The notes: a model not told the origin generated them from the letters alone. A DNA stretch of 64,000 nucleotides from Candidatus Sungiibacteriota bacterium (GCA_016180435.1 JACPBG010000001.1:136358-200357), one strand, 5' to 3'; counted from the stretch's first letter, positions 9,986-18,825 are shown. Numbers and translations are program-made.

Positions 9986-10068
9986 GGGCGAGTGGCGGAA
10001 CGGTATACGCGCTGGCTTCAGGAGCCAGTGGGAGCAATCCTGTGGAGGTTCAAATCCTCTCTCGCCCA
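9986..10068 (+). tRNA. tRNA-Leu (anticodon CAG), class II with long variable arm
   Basis: GGGCGAG acceptor pairs with CTCGCCC. Anticodon stem CTGGC/GCCAG with loop TTCAGGA. T-arm GAGGTTCAAATCCTC. Discriminator A. Confidence 0.85.
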
Positions 10069-10149
10069 TTTTATCTCCTATTTTTAAAATCCTAGACGCG
10101 CTGCAGGATTTAACAACATTCAAGGAACCGAAAATATAAAGTTATAATT

Positions 10150-10605
10150 TTGAGTATGGGTAAAGAATTACCAATTGAGAAACAAAATCTTAATATAGAA
10201 TTTAATTCACGGGCTATAAGCAAACGCCTCGTCGAATTGCTTGATAAACTTTGTGGACAAGTGCAATGGGAAGGTGACACACCCTATAAAATCCAAGTAA
10301 TAGATGCTGATGATAAAAAAGCCTACGTATTTGCTATTCGCAAAGGAGAAAATTGGTATACCGTTCAACAACGAGAAAGTAACAATCCGAGTTTAGTTAG
10401 AACGTATACTCTTGAAAAAAAGACTGAAAATTGGGATTATATTGATCCCTATCAAATAAAGTGTGGTGCGTCTTCACTTCCTGCATTGCGGGGCGTTCTA
10501 GATAAATTACAAAAAGTCTGGGAATTGTCTCAACCCAAGAAAATAGATAGCAACATAGATACCGCAAACAATCCGCTACCCCCAAAGGATCCTCATAATA
10601 CTTGA
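10150..10605 (+). CDS. Hypothetical protein
   Basis: 151-aa ORF immediately downstream of tRNA-Leu in an AT-rich stretch; no recognisable motifs. Confidence 0.45.
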   Translation: MSMGKELPIEKQNLNIEFNSRAISKRLVELLDKLCGQVQWEGDTPYKIQVIDADDKKAYVFAIRKGENWYTVQQRESNNPSLVRTYTLEKKTENWDYIDPYQIKCGASSLPALRGVLDKLQKVWELSQPKKIDSNIDTANNPLPPKDPHNT

Positions 10606-10682
10606 ATGACCTCGATTCTGGATCGTCCCACGCCACCTGAAAAAATTTCATCAAATAGAACCCAAAAACCTCAAAACTAATA

Positions 10683-11141
10683 ATGCGTATGAATAAATTG
10701 CTGGATTTTTTAAGGTCTCAGAAACTGCTTGTCGTGGCCTGCCATGATAAAGACGATATTTGGATCGCAAATGTATATTTCGGGGTCGATGATAATTTCA
10801 AAATATATTTTATAAGCCCCGAAAATACAAAGCATAGTCAGTTGATAGCTGAAAATCCTGCAGTTGCTTTTTCAGTTGCATGGTTTAATCCAAATAATCA
10901 CAAAGATCGAAAGGCAATACAGGGTCTTGGAGTTTGCCGGCCCGCAAAAACCGAAGAAGAAATTGCAGAGGGGGTGCGACTGCATAATCACAATTTTCCG
11001 GAATTTAAAAACAAAATTACAGTGGAGTGGATTCACACCAACGAATACAAATCGCGTGTATGGATTATTGAACCTTCGTATATGAAATACTGGGATGACG
11101 AGTTATATGGCGACAAAGAGACCGAGGAATTCAAATTTTAA
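10683..11141 (+). CDS. Pyridoxamine 5'-phosphate oxidase-like FMN-binding split-barrel family protein (general stress protein 26-like)
   Basis: 152 aa; layout and size typical of the PNPOx-like family; weak. Confidence 0.45.
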   Translation: MRMNKLLDFLRSQKLLVVACHDKDDIWIANVYFGVDDNFKIYFISPENTKHSQLIAENPAVAFSVAWFNPNNHKDRKAIQGLGVCRPAKTEEEIAEGVRLHNHNFPEFKNKITVEWIHTNEYKSRVWIIEPSYMKYWDDELYGDKETEEFKF

Positions 11142-11336
11142 CCCCAGACACGCCCACTCACCTATTTTTGATTTTAACGGAGTTATAATAAAATAATTTG
11201 ATCCTAATTTTTATTTAAATTATCAACATTTTAACAATAAAGGCAAATTTGCACGCTATAAATACGCGACAATAAACGCAATTGCGTTTATATACTGCGT
11301 AGATCTCTTGCGTCTATATTTGTCTCTAAATAAACA

Positions 11337-13124
11337 ATGATCCAGAGAAGAATTGCGCCGCATAGGCGAAGCGCGGCCATGCACGGCGATACGCGCACCG
11401 CGCACCGGCGACGCTTCCCTAAAGCATTTTTTCAGAAAATAATCCCCTCTTTCCAGAGAGGCCAGTTAAAATTTATCCCCTTGGGCGGATGCGGAGAAGT
11501 CATGCGCTCAATGTACATATACGAATACGAAGACGACATCGTAATCATTGACATGGGCCTGCAATTTCCCCAGGAAGATATGCCGGGAATTGATTTTCTG
11601 ATTCCCAATGTGGAATACCTGAAACCGCGCAAAAAAAATATCAGAGGAATAATCATAACTCACGGCCATTATGATCACATGGGCGCAATCCCCTACCTTC
11701 TTGATCCCCTGGGTAATCCCCCAATCTATACTCTGGCGCTCACCCGCGGCATGATTTTAAAAAAGCAGGATGATTTTCCACATTTGCCGCGGCCGAAAAT
11801 TGAAGTGGTTACCACGGAGTCGCGCTTGAAACTAGGCCAAATCGATGTTGAATTTTTCCATGTAAACCACAATATTCCGGATAGCATGGGTATTGTTTTA
11901 AAAACCCCGGCCGGAACCGCAGTGCATACGGGTGATTTTAAATTTGATCACCATCCGGTAAACGAACGCCCGGCTGACATTCCGCGTTTATCCGCCATAG
12001 GCAAAAGCGGGGTACTGCTTCTTGTTTCGGAATCAACGGATGCCGAAATGCCCGGGCACCAAATTTCCGAATCCGATGTACAGCGTTCGCTTGAAGAGAT
12101 TTTTAAGGAGGCACGGGGGCGAATTATTGCCGCAACCTTTTCATCCCTCCTCACGCGGATTCAGCAATTAATCTGGCTTACGGAAAAATATGACCGCAAA
12201 ATTATTATCGAAGGACACAGCATGAAACAAACCGTGGAAATATCGCGGGAGCTTGGATATCTGAAAATAAAAAAAGGCACGCTAATCACCGCCAAAGACA
12301 TTGACCGGTTTCCCGACGGACGAATCGTGATTGCCTGCACCGGAGCTCAGGGCGAAGATCATGCGGTGCTTATGCGTATCGCCAATAGCGAGCATAAAAC
12401 CATTGCCATAAAACCCACGGATTCAATTATATTTTCTTCATCCGTTATCCCGGGAAATGAAGCCACGGTCCAGCGCCTAAAAGACGTGCTTTATAAAAAA
12501 GCCGCCAAGGTATACCACTATGCCAGCATGGACATCCATGCCGGAGGACACGCCAAACGGGATGAGCTTGCGCAAATGATACAGCTGGTAAAGCCTAAAT
12601 TTTTCATACCCATCCATGGAAATTATTTTATGCTTAAATTGCACGCCGAACTTGCGGAAGAGACCGGAATCCCCCGCCAAAATATCATGATTGCCGAAGA
12701 CGGAGATATAATAGCGATGAATCGCGAGGAAATCAAAAAACTTAAAGAAAAAGCGCCGGTTGATTATGTTATGGTGGATGGTCTGGGCGTAGGCGACATC
12801 AAAGAAGTTGTTCTTCGCGATCGCCAGCATCTGGCCGAGGACGGAATTTTTGTTATAATTGCCATAGTAGATGCCAAAACCGGAAAAATGCGCACTTCGC
12901 CCGACATTATCTCACGCGGATTTATTTATTTAAAAGAATCCCAACACCTTTTGAAAGAAGTGCGGCTTAAAACCAAAACCATAGTTGAAGAAATCACCGT
13001 CGGCGGGTCGCATCCCATAAACTGGACGTATATAAAAGACGAACTTCGCGAAAAAATCGGGCAATTCCTATTTACCAAAACGCAAAGACGGCCAATGGTT
13101 TTACCGGTGGTAATTGAAGTATAA
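11337..13124 (+). CDS. rnj: Ribonuclease J (metallo-beta-lactamase / beta-CASP); Arg-rich N-terminal extension, so the start is uncertain
   Basis: KFIPLGGCGEV..MYIYEYEDDIVIIDMG, HGHYDHMGAIPYL (HxHxDH), beta-CASP and C-terminal domain. Confidence 0.85.
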   Translation: MIQRRIAPHRRSAAMHGDTRTAHRRRFPKAFFQKIIPSFQRGQLKFIPLGGCGEVMRSMYIYEYEDDIVIIDMGLQFPQEDMPGIDFLIPNVEYLKPRKKNIRGIIITHGHYDHMGAIPYLLDPLGNPPIYTLALTRGMILKKQDDFPHLPRPKIEVVTTESRLKLGQIDVEFFHVNHNIPDSMGIVLKTPAGTAVHTGDFKFDHHPVNERPADIPRLSAIGKSGVLLLVSESTDAEMPGHQISESDVQRSLEEIFKEARGRIIAATFSSLLTRIQQLIWLTEKYDRKIIIEGHSMKQTVEISRELGYLKIKKGTLITAKDIDRFPDGRIVIACTGAQGEDHAVLMRIANSEHKTIAIKPTDSIIFSSSVIPGNEATVQRLKDVLYKKAAKVYHYASMDIHAGGHAKRDELAQMIQLVKPKFFIPIHGNYFMLKLHAELAEETGIPRQNIMIAEDGDIIAMNREEIKKLKEKAPVDYVMVDGLGVGDIKEVVLRDRQHLAEDGIFVIIAIVDAKTGKMRTSPDIISRGFIYLKESQHLLKEVRLKTKTIVEEITVGGSHPINWTYIKDELREKIGQFLFTKTQRRPMVLPVVIEV

Positions 13125-13128
13125 AAAT

Positions 13129-13152
13129 AAGCCGACGTAACTCGGCTTTTAA
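13129..13152. terminator. Bidirectional intrinsic terminator between convergent rnj and the 256-aa gene
   Basis: Hairpin AGCCGAcgtaacTCGGCT flanked by A/T runs on both sides. Confidence 0.6.
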
Positions 13153-13919
13153 CTTGATAATGCTGTATGAGTCCGCATGGCTGCCAAAAATGTTTTTTCA
13201 AGCTCACGCTTGGCGCCCTCAACGGCATGTTCAAACGCCTTAGACGCCTTTTCCAGAAAAGAATTGCAATGATACTTTCGCATTGCTTCTATGAGTACAG
13301 TAGTATTTTGACGTCTTTTCTCTAATTCCGGTAGTTTTTTTGCTCGATCCTTTAGCAACCTGAATTTCGTGTGCTGCCGCATAAAAATATATACTTTCGT
13401 CCACCAAGGCGATGATTCAAGACCGGACACATCTTTGATTTCTTGCTCCAGCAACCCAGCCCTTGCCTCTAACAAGCAAACAAAATTACGAGACGCCTCA
13501 AGATGTTTTATATACCGTTCATCTTTCTCCAATTCTTCTCGGGCTGCTAAACCATAAGCAAGAAAGGTGTGGACAATAGCTTGAAATGAATTTCCGTTCT
13601 CCACCTGTTTTATCGCATAATCAGCAAATTCATATCCGCGTTTAAATTCAGGCTTTTTAACAATCTCTTCTGCCATCGCTCGACACTTATCACCCATTAT
13701 TTTACCAACGGATTCCAACACCGCCTTATCCTCCGGAATTACCGCATTTCGAATACAGCACCATACGGCATCATTGAACCATCCGAAATCACACAATTCT
13801 TCCAGAGAAATAAATTCCTTGTTGATAAATGGGTTGGGGCATAAATCCGAATCGTCTGAAACTTTCCACACTCTTGTTTCGTGCATCAATTGCGGAGTTG
13901 TACGCATAAAAGTCCTCAA
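13149..13919 (-). CDS. Hypothetical protein (Cys-containing, mostly helical)
   Basis: 256-aa ORF, no recognisable family. Confidence 0.45.
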   Translation of the reverse strand: MRTFMRTTPQLMHETRVWKVSDDSDLCPNPFINKEFISLEELCDFGWFNDAVWCCIRNAVIPEDKAVLESVGKIMGDKCRAMAEEIVKKPEFKRGYEFADYAIKQVENGNSFQAIVHTFLAYGLAAREELEKDERYIKHLEASRNFVCLLEARAGLLEQEIKDVSGLESSPWWTKVYIFMRQHTKFRLLKDRAKKLPELEKRRQNTTVLIEAMRKYHCNSFLEKASKAFEHAVEGAKRELEKTFLAAMRTHTALSS

Positions 13920-13998
13920 ATTTTCAAACGGCTTATATTAAAATATCATCAATGTTCACGGTTTGTCAAACGCCAGCCAAATGCTATAATTAAATAGG

Positions 13999-14370
13999 TC
14001 ACTGCTTTAGCAATGACCTCATGAATTCTTCTTCGCCCGAAAGAGCTTTAGTGAATCTCAGATATTTATCTTCATCGCCGATAATAAAATCCCTGATAAA
14101 ATCGGCATGAAACAAACCAAGAACACTCGTATCTTCTTTTTTATGGCGAACGGATGCGGGCAACTGATCGTTTGTCATCTTCTCGATCTCTCGCACAAAC
14201 CTATCCTCATCGCCTGATACAAATTTATAAATAACAAGCCATACGGCATAACCGAGCGTAACTATTGAAAAAATACTAAGAAACTCTTCGAGCCGGTCCA
14301 ACAAAAAATTTATGGTTGCCATCATTAAAATGACTCTCCGACATTCAATGTACTGTAAATAAATTACCAT
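13999..14370 (-). CDS. Hypothetical small membrane protein (start probably the internal Met)
   Basis: 123-aa ORF with one TM segment. Confidence 0.35.
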   Translation of the reverse strand: MVIYLQYIECRRVILMMATINFLLDRLEEFLSIFSIVTLGYAVWLVIYKFVSGDEDRFVREIEKMTNDQLPASVRHKKEDTSVLGLFHADFIRDFIIGDEDKYLRFTKALSGEEEFMRSLLKQ

Positions 14371-14377
14371 TTTAACT

Positions 14378-15478
14378 ATGGAAAGTCAACAAACATTATT
14401 AAGCGGAATACAACCCTCCGGGGATCTCCATATCGGAAATTATCTCGGGGCGATTAAACAATGGGTGGAACTGCAAAAAACCCACCGCGTTTTTATCACA
14501 ATCGTAGATTTGCATGCCATCACGGTACCGCAAGATCCGGAAAAACTTCGCGAAAAAACTTTAGAAACCGCGGCCTTACTTTTGGCCTGCGGCATTGATC
14601 CCAAAAAATCCGTGCTTTTTATACAATCCCATGTACCGGCGCACACCGAACTTATGTGGATTTTGAATACCCTAACACCTGTCAGAGAACTACTGGAAAT
14701 GACACAATATAAAGAAAAGGCACCCGGACTTAGAAAAATTGTAGCAAGAGGACGTGCGGGACTACTTTCACCGCATGGGGGTGGACTACTTTCACCCGCC
14801 AACATGGAATTAAAAGAAGATTTAGGAAATATGGGCCTTCTCGATTATCCGATATTGCAGGCCGCCGATATTTTACTTTATCAACCGGACATAGTGCCAA
14901 TTGGTGAAGATCAACTTCAACATCTGGAACTTACCCGGACCCTGGCGCGAAAATTCAATAATCGCTTCGGGGAGACATTCAAAGAGCCAAAAGCCCTTAT
15001 TAATGCAGGTACCGGACGCATCATGGGACTTGACGACCCGTCCAAAAAAATGTCCAAATCCGCCCAGAGTCCAAATAATTATATCGCTTTACTTGATTCG
15101 CAGGATGAAATCCGCCGTAAAATTAAAATCGCCGTAACTGATTCAGAAAAAGGAGGGACCGAATTCTACAAAAAGGCGCGACCGGGCGTGGTAAATCTTT
15201 TAGCGATTTATGCGGAATTTTCGGATTTGACTATGGCTGATACTCTGACTAAAAGTTGGGAAAACTATAGTAACAGATATAGTGAACTAAAACACGATGT
15301 AAGCGAAATTGTAATAGAAAAACTTTCCAAAATTCAAGAAAAATACAAGGAAATTTCTACAGACAAAGAGGGGCTTCTCACGATCCTCAATTCCGGCTCC
15401 CAAAAAGCCGCCGAAGTTGCCAATAAAACTCTTACCGAAGTGAAAAATAAAATTGGGCTTGTTCCGTTAGAGTTTTAA
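14378..15478 (+). CDS. trpS: Tryptophan--tRNA ligase
   Basis: Class I signatures: HIGNYLGAI and KMSKS. Contains an in-frame tandem duplication (GLLSPHGG/GLLSPANM) at about 14755-14800. Confidence 0.9.
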   Translation: MESQQTLLSGIQPSGDLHIGNYLGAIKQWVELQKTHRVFITIVDLHAITVPQDPEKLREKTLETAALLLACGIDPKKSVLFIQSHVPAHTELMWILNTLTPVRELLEMTQYKEKAPGLRKIVARGRAGLLSPHGGGLLSPANMELKEDLGNMGLLDYPILQAADILLYQPDIVPIGEDQLQHLELTRTLARKFNNRFGETFKEPKALINAGTGRIMGLDDPSKKMSKSAQSPNNYIALLDSQDEIRRKIKIAVTDSEKGGTEFYKKARPGVVNLLAIYAEFSDLTMADTLTKSWENYSNRYSELKHDVSEIVIEKLSKIQEKYKEISTDKEGLLTILNSGSQKAAEVANKTLTEVKNKIGLVPLEF

Positions 15479-15509
15479 TACTTATCTAAATTATTTTCCA
15501 ACGTTAATC

Positions 15510-15538
15510 AATCCGGATTATAACCGGAATATTTTTAT
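15510..15538 (+). terminator. Intrinsic terminator after trpS
   Basis: Hairpin TCCGGattataaCCGGA followed by a T-rich run (atatttttat). Confidence 0.55.
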
Positions 15539-15589
15539 CTATTGACTAAAAAACTCTAATGGGATAAAAGAAAGAATGGGATTTGTTCT

Positions 15590-16213
15590 TTGATAGACGG
15601 AGTATGCAATATGCCGTATGATGAGAAATTCTTTGAGGCATACCGGGAATACTTGAAAGAGCCGATAGTACGCAAAAATCATGATCATGTTTTCCGGATC
15701 TTTGCCTATCTTATGCTCACCGAAATCCCGCACGTTATGGATCTTGGCTGTGGCATTGGCGAATATGCCATGTACGATCCGTATCACATGAAATATGTTG
15801 GAATTGATTTGCATAACCCCGAGGGAATAAAACCCTTCATCCAGACGGACTATACCGCGCTTGATTTCATGGGCAAAACTCCTTTCCGCCCGAATGCATT
15901 CATCAGTTTGTTTTCCACCGAACTTTTCCTATCCGACCGCGCCAAATACGCTTTTTATGAGAGGATTTTTCGGGAACTTCTCCACATACGATTCGGTATG
16001 GTAAGCGGATTTTTTTATGAATCCAGACGCCGCCAAAAAATACTTAAGGAACTTGAGGGAACAGACAAAGAGGTTACCAGCCGCCAGACAATTGAGCATC
16101 CTTCGCGTTATATCTCTGATCATTTTACGGAGATGCGAATCCATATGCATACGCCCTCACAAATGTTTGGCCAAGACGTGGTTGAAGTATGGAAAATTTT
16201 TGTTAGACGTTAG
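15590..16213 (+). CDS. Putative SAM-dependent methyltransferase-like protein (start likely MPYDEK at 15611)
   Basis: VMDLGCGIGEY resembles class I methyltransferase motif I; otherwise unassigned. Confidence 0.4.
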   Translation: MIDGVCNMPYDEKFFEAYREYLKEPIVRKNHDHVFRIFAYLMLTEIPHVMDLGCGIGEYAMYDPYHMKYVGIDLHNPEGIKPFIQTDYTALDFMGKTPFRPNAFISLFSTELFLSDRAKYAFYERIFRELLHIRFGMVSGFFYESRRRQKILKELEGTDKEVTSRQTIEHPSRYISDHFTEMRIHMHTPSQMFGQDVVEVWKIFVRR

Positions 16214-16772
16214 CAAAAAAGAATCTCCACGGCTTATTTCTCCACTTTCCGGCATAATCCACCCCGATCCGTTTGCCGCGCTTAATATCTCGCGCAGAAA
16301 TTCTAATTCCGCGGTCTTCTATCCAGAGACCGCTTTTTTTATTGGCGGACATTTTATTGAACCGCTTATCAATTTTAAAATATTTACACACTCTCCCCGG
16401 ACCCGTTATCATCTGCGTGAATCCGCGTATAGATCCGCGTGGATCCGCTTCTACCCCCACAGAACGTATCAAAATTGCCGCCGGATATCCCTCGCGCTCG
16501 GTTATGATGTTCAGACAATGATGCATGCCGTAAACAAGGTACACATACCAATACCCTGGTTTTCCGAACATAACTTCGGTGCGCGGAGTTTTTCCGCGGG
16601 ATGCGTGCGAAGCGCGATCATACGGCCCCACATAGGCCTCAACTTCAGTGATTATTCCTTCAATCCGGCGCTTGCCGATTTTTCGCACTAAAAATTTACC
16701 CAAAAGTTTAGGGGCAATTCTTAGTGTTGAATCATTAAAAAAAGAGGTGATAAGTATCATTTTTTGCCGCAA
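16203..16772 (-). CDS. mpg: DNA-3-methyladenine glycosylase (Mpg/AAG family)
   Basis: ITEVEAYVGPYDRASHASRGKTPRTEVMFGKPGYWYVYLVYGMHHCLNI matches the Mpg family core. Confidence 0.8.
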   Translation of the reverse strand: MRQKMILITSFFNDSTLRIAPKLLGKFLVRKIGKRRIEGIITEVEAYVGPYDRASHASRGKTPRTEVMFGKPGYWYVYLVYGMHHCLNIITEREGYPAAILIRSVGVEADPRGSIRGFTQMITGPGRVCKYFKIDKRFNKMSANKKSGLWIEDRGIRISARDIKRGKRIGVDYAGKWRNKPWRFFFANV

Positions 16773-16816
16773 AACAGTGACAGAGATAATATAGAGATTA
16801 CATTAAGGTCTATCAA

Positions 16817-16858
16817 TGTTTTTCATTAATTCGCGATCGCGAATTAATGAAAAACATA
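16817..16858. promoter_or_regulatory. Perfect 42-nt palindrome (family F, copy 1) about 45 nt upstream of mpg
   Basis: atgtttttcattaattcgcgatcgcgaattaatgaaaaacat; near-identical copy at 43659-43693. Confidence 0.5.
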
Positions 16859-16897
16859 TAAAAATATTAAATTTCAGATTAATCAGAGTCCGGCTTG

Positions 16898-18094
16898 TTA
16901 AATCTTAGCTAGTGCCAACTTTAAATCCTCAATCAAATCCAGAGGGTCTTCCCTGCCGATTGATAATCGCAAGGTCCCTTGAGTAATTTCAGCCTTGGCG
17001 AGTTCTTCTTTAGTCAATTGCCCGTGCGTAGTGGTGGCCGGATGAATCACAAGTGAACGCGACTCACCAATATTTGGCGCATGCCAAAAAAGGCGCAATG
17101 ATTCCAGCACGCGTTTAGCGTCACGTCTTCCGCCTTTTATTTCAAAGGCCATGAGTCCCCCAAAACCCTGCGGCATGATTTTTTTATTCTCCCGCGCACG
17201 GGGACCGAAAGCGGGATAAAATACACGCCGAACTTTGGGGTGCTTTGAAAGAAACCGGGCAACCCTAAGAGCGTTTTTCGAGTGTTCCATGACCCGGCCA
17301 AAAAGCGACTCGGCATGCGATAGAAAAATCGCGGCATTGTCCGGAGACATGCAAGGCCCCAATGTCCTAAACCAACCAAGTCGCATGTCGTCAATCAATC
17401 TTTTCTTCCCGACAATGCATCCGCCGATCACCTCGCCATCGCCAAAATATTTTGAGAGCGAATGCCACACGATATCTGCGCCCCGTTTCAAAGGCTGCGC
17501 CAGAGCCGGGGTTGCCAAAGTGTTATCTATAACCAATTTTATGCCATGACGATGCGCGATTTTAGCAATCGGACGCGGATCAAACAAATCAATAAGGGGA
17601 TTGGATGGATTTTCCAACGCAAGAAACCGGGTATTAGACCGAATGGCGCGTTCCCACTCGTCAAGATCATATGGATTTTCCAGGAGAGTAACCTCAATAC
17701 CAAGTTTCGGGAGCAATTCACGAAAAAGATGCAACACGCCGCCATAGAGCCGGTTAGACGAGACAATATGTCCGCCGCCATTCGCGAGGTGCAAAGATAT
17801 TATAAGAATCGCGGACATGCCGGACGAAGTAGCAAGTCCGGCCTCTGCTCCTTCCAACACTGCGACCCGTTTTTCCAAACGATCAACAGTGCGATTATTA
17901 ATACGGCTGTAAATAAAACCCCCTTCCTTTCCTTCAAAAAGGCGTTTGGCTCGTTCAAAAGATCCAAGGGGGTAAGCAGTTACGCGGTCAACCACGGGCC
18001 GAAGTTCGTGATCTTTGAAATCACCTCCTCCATGTATTTCAAGGGTTCGCGGCCTCAATTTCCATAGATTTTTTGCTGAAAGTTTTTTCTTCAT
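16898..18094 (-). CDS. PLP-dependent Cys/Met-metabolism enzyme (O-acetylhomoserine sulfhydrylase / cystathionine gamma-synthase family)
   Basis: TLEIHGG N-terminal motif, HSLSKYFGDG with the PLP lysine, overall family fit. The track ORF extends to 18163 across the tRNA region, so the start is placed at the internal Met (MKKKLSAK). Confidence 0.7.
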   Translation of the reverse strand: MKKKLSAKNLWKLRPRTLEIHGGGDFKDHELRPVVDRVTAYPLGSFERAKRLFEGKEGGFIYSRINNRTVDRLEKRVAVLEGAEAGLATSSGMSAILIISLHLANGGGHIVSSNRLYGGVLHLFRELLPKLGIEVTLLENPYDLDEWERAIRSNTRFLALENPSNPLIDLFDPRPIAKIAHRHGIKLVIDNTLATPALAQPLKRGADIVWHSLSKYFGDGEVIGGCIVGKKRLIDDMRLGWFRTLGPCMSPDNAAIFLSHAESLFGRVMEHSKNALRVARFLSKHPKVRRVFYPAFGPRARENKKIMPQGFGGLMAFEIKGGRRDAKRVLESLRLFWHAPNIGESRSLVIHPATTTHGQLTKEELAKAEITQGTLRLSIGREDPLDLIEDLKLALAKI

Positions 18095-18103
18095 ATCGGT
18101 TTT

Positions 18104-18160
18104 AATCGCCCCATGGGGAATTGAACCCCGGTTCCTAGGCCCTGCCCTCCCGCCTTTTAC
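18104..18160 (-). pseudogene. tRNA-like 3' fragment (D-arm remnant fused to T-arm and acceptor 3' strand; no anticodon arm)
   Basis: Minus strand: GGGCCTAGGAACCGGGGTTCAATTCCCCATGGGGCGA; T-loop TTCAATT within a GGGG/CCCC stem. Confidence 0.35.
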
Positions 18161-18164
18161 CAAT

Positions 18165-18239
18165 CAGCCTCACCGGGATTCGAACCCGGGTTACCAGGAT
18201 GAGAACCTGGCGTCCTAGACCAAACTAGACGATGAGGCC
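18165..18239 (-). tRNA. tRNA-Glu (anticodon CTC)
   Basis: Minus strand: GGCCTCATCGTCTAGTTTGGTCTAGGACGCCAGGTTCTCATCCTGGTAACCCGGGTTCGAATCCCGGTGAGGCTG. Anticodon stem CCAGG/CCTGG with loop TTCTCAT. Confidence 0.8.
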
Positions 18240-18270
18240 AAAAAGGTGGGAAGGTGAAAGAACCTAGTGT

Positions 18271-18349
18271 CCTAGGCCACTAGACGATAGGGGCATAAAT
18301 CGCCAGAATTTTGGAAAAATCTGGACTAGACCGGACTAGACGACAGGAG
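18271..18349 (-). repeat. Repeat family G, copy 1: tRNA-Glu-like 5' fragment (acceptor plus D-arm) plus upstream region with further D-arm-like GTCTAGT words
   Basis: Minus strand: GCCCCTATCGTCTAGTGGCCTAGG..; about 85% identical to 34318-34395. Confidence 0.55.
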
Positions 18350-18468
18350 TATAAAAAATGGGTCGGTCGGAGCCGTAACGTGTTATATCTCATCATATAC
18401 CATCATCTTACAATGAATAATGATAAATGAGGAGTTATTTTGCAGGAGGTCTATATATTCACCGGACC

Positions 18469-18825
18469 TTATTTCTTAATTAAATTAAACAAAACCGCGA
18501 AAAGCCATACTCCCAGAAACGCAATTATATTCCAGATGACCAGGCCGGAAAGAAATGTGCCAAATGTCAAAACGTTGCGGCCCACATCAAGATCAGTGTG
18601 AAGAGCGTACATCATAAATCCAAAACGGATCCCGGGAAATAATGCCACTCCGGTAAAACATATTACATAGACCGCACTAATCCAGGCGGCACTAACTTTT
18701 AAAAGATGCATTGTATTAATCATTATTTTAAAAATATTATTACAGTTATGCTCGACCTTTTGACGATTTTCTCCACCACTAAAATGACGATATAATCCAT
18801 TAATTATTTTTTTACAACTATCCAA
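18469..18825 (-). CDS. Hypothetical multi-TM membrane protein
   Basis: ORF track; hydrophobic segments; last gene of the minus-strand redox operon. Confidence 0.35.
   Translation of the reverse strand: MDSCKKIINGLYRHFSGGENRQKVEHNCNNIFKIMINTMHLLKVSAAWISAVYVICFTGVALFPGIRFGFMMYALHTDLDVGRNVLTFGTFLSGLVIWNIIAFLGVWLFAVLFNLIKK

Noticed and set aside
9885-10139. 84-aa plus ORF and 73-aa minus ORF across the tRNA-Leu locus
   Set aside because: They overlap a well-formed tRNA and its leader; no RBS; most likely spurious.
16817-16858. Interpreting the family F palindromes as bidirectional intrinsic terminators
   Set aside because: The T-tract lies 5' and the A-tract 3' of the stem on both strands, the wrong polarity for a U-tail after the hairpin. 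A protein-binding site is more consistent.
18094-18163. N-terminal extension of the metY-like ORF (MVKGGRAGPRNRGSIPHGAIKTD) through the tRNA region
   Set aside because: It overlaps the tRNA-like fragment and runs into tRNA-Glu territory. The internal Met followed by the family-typical TLEIHGG motif is a far more plausible start.
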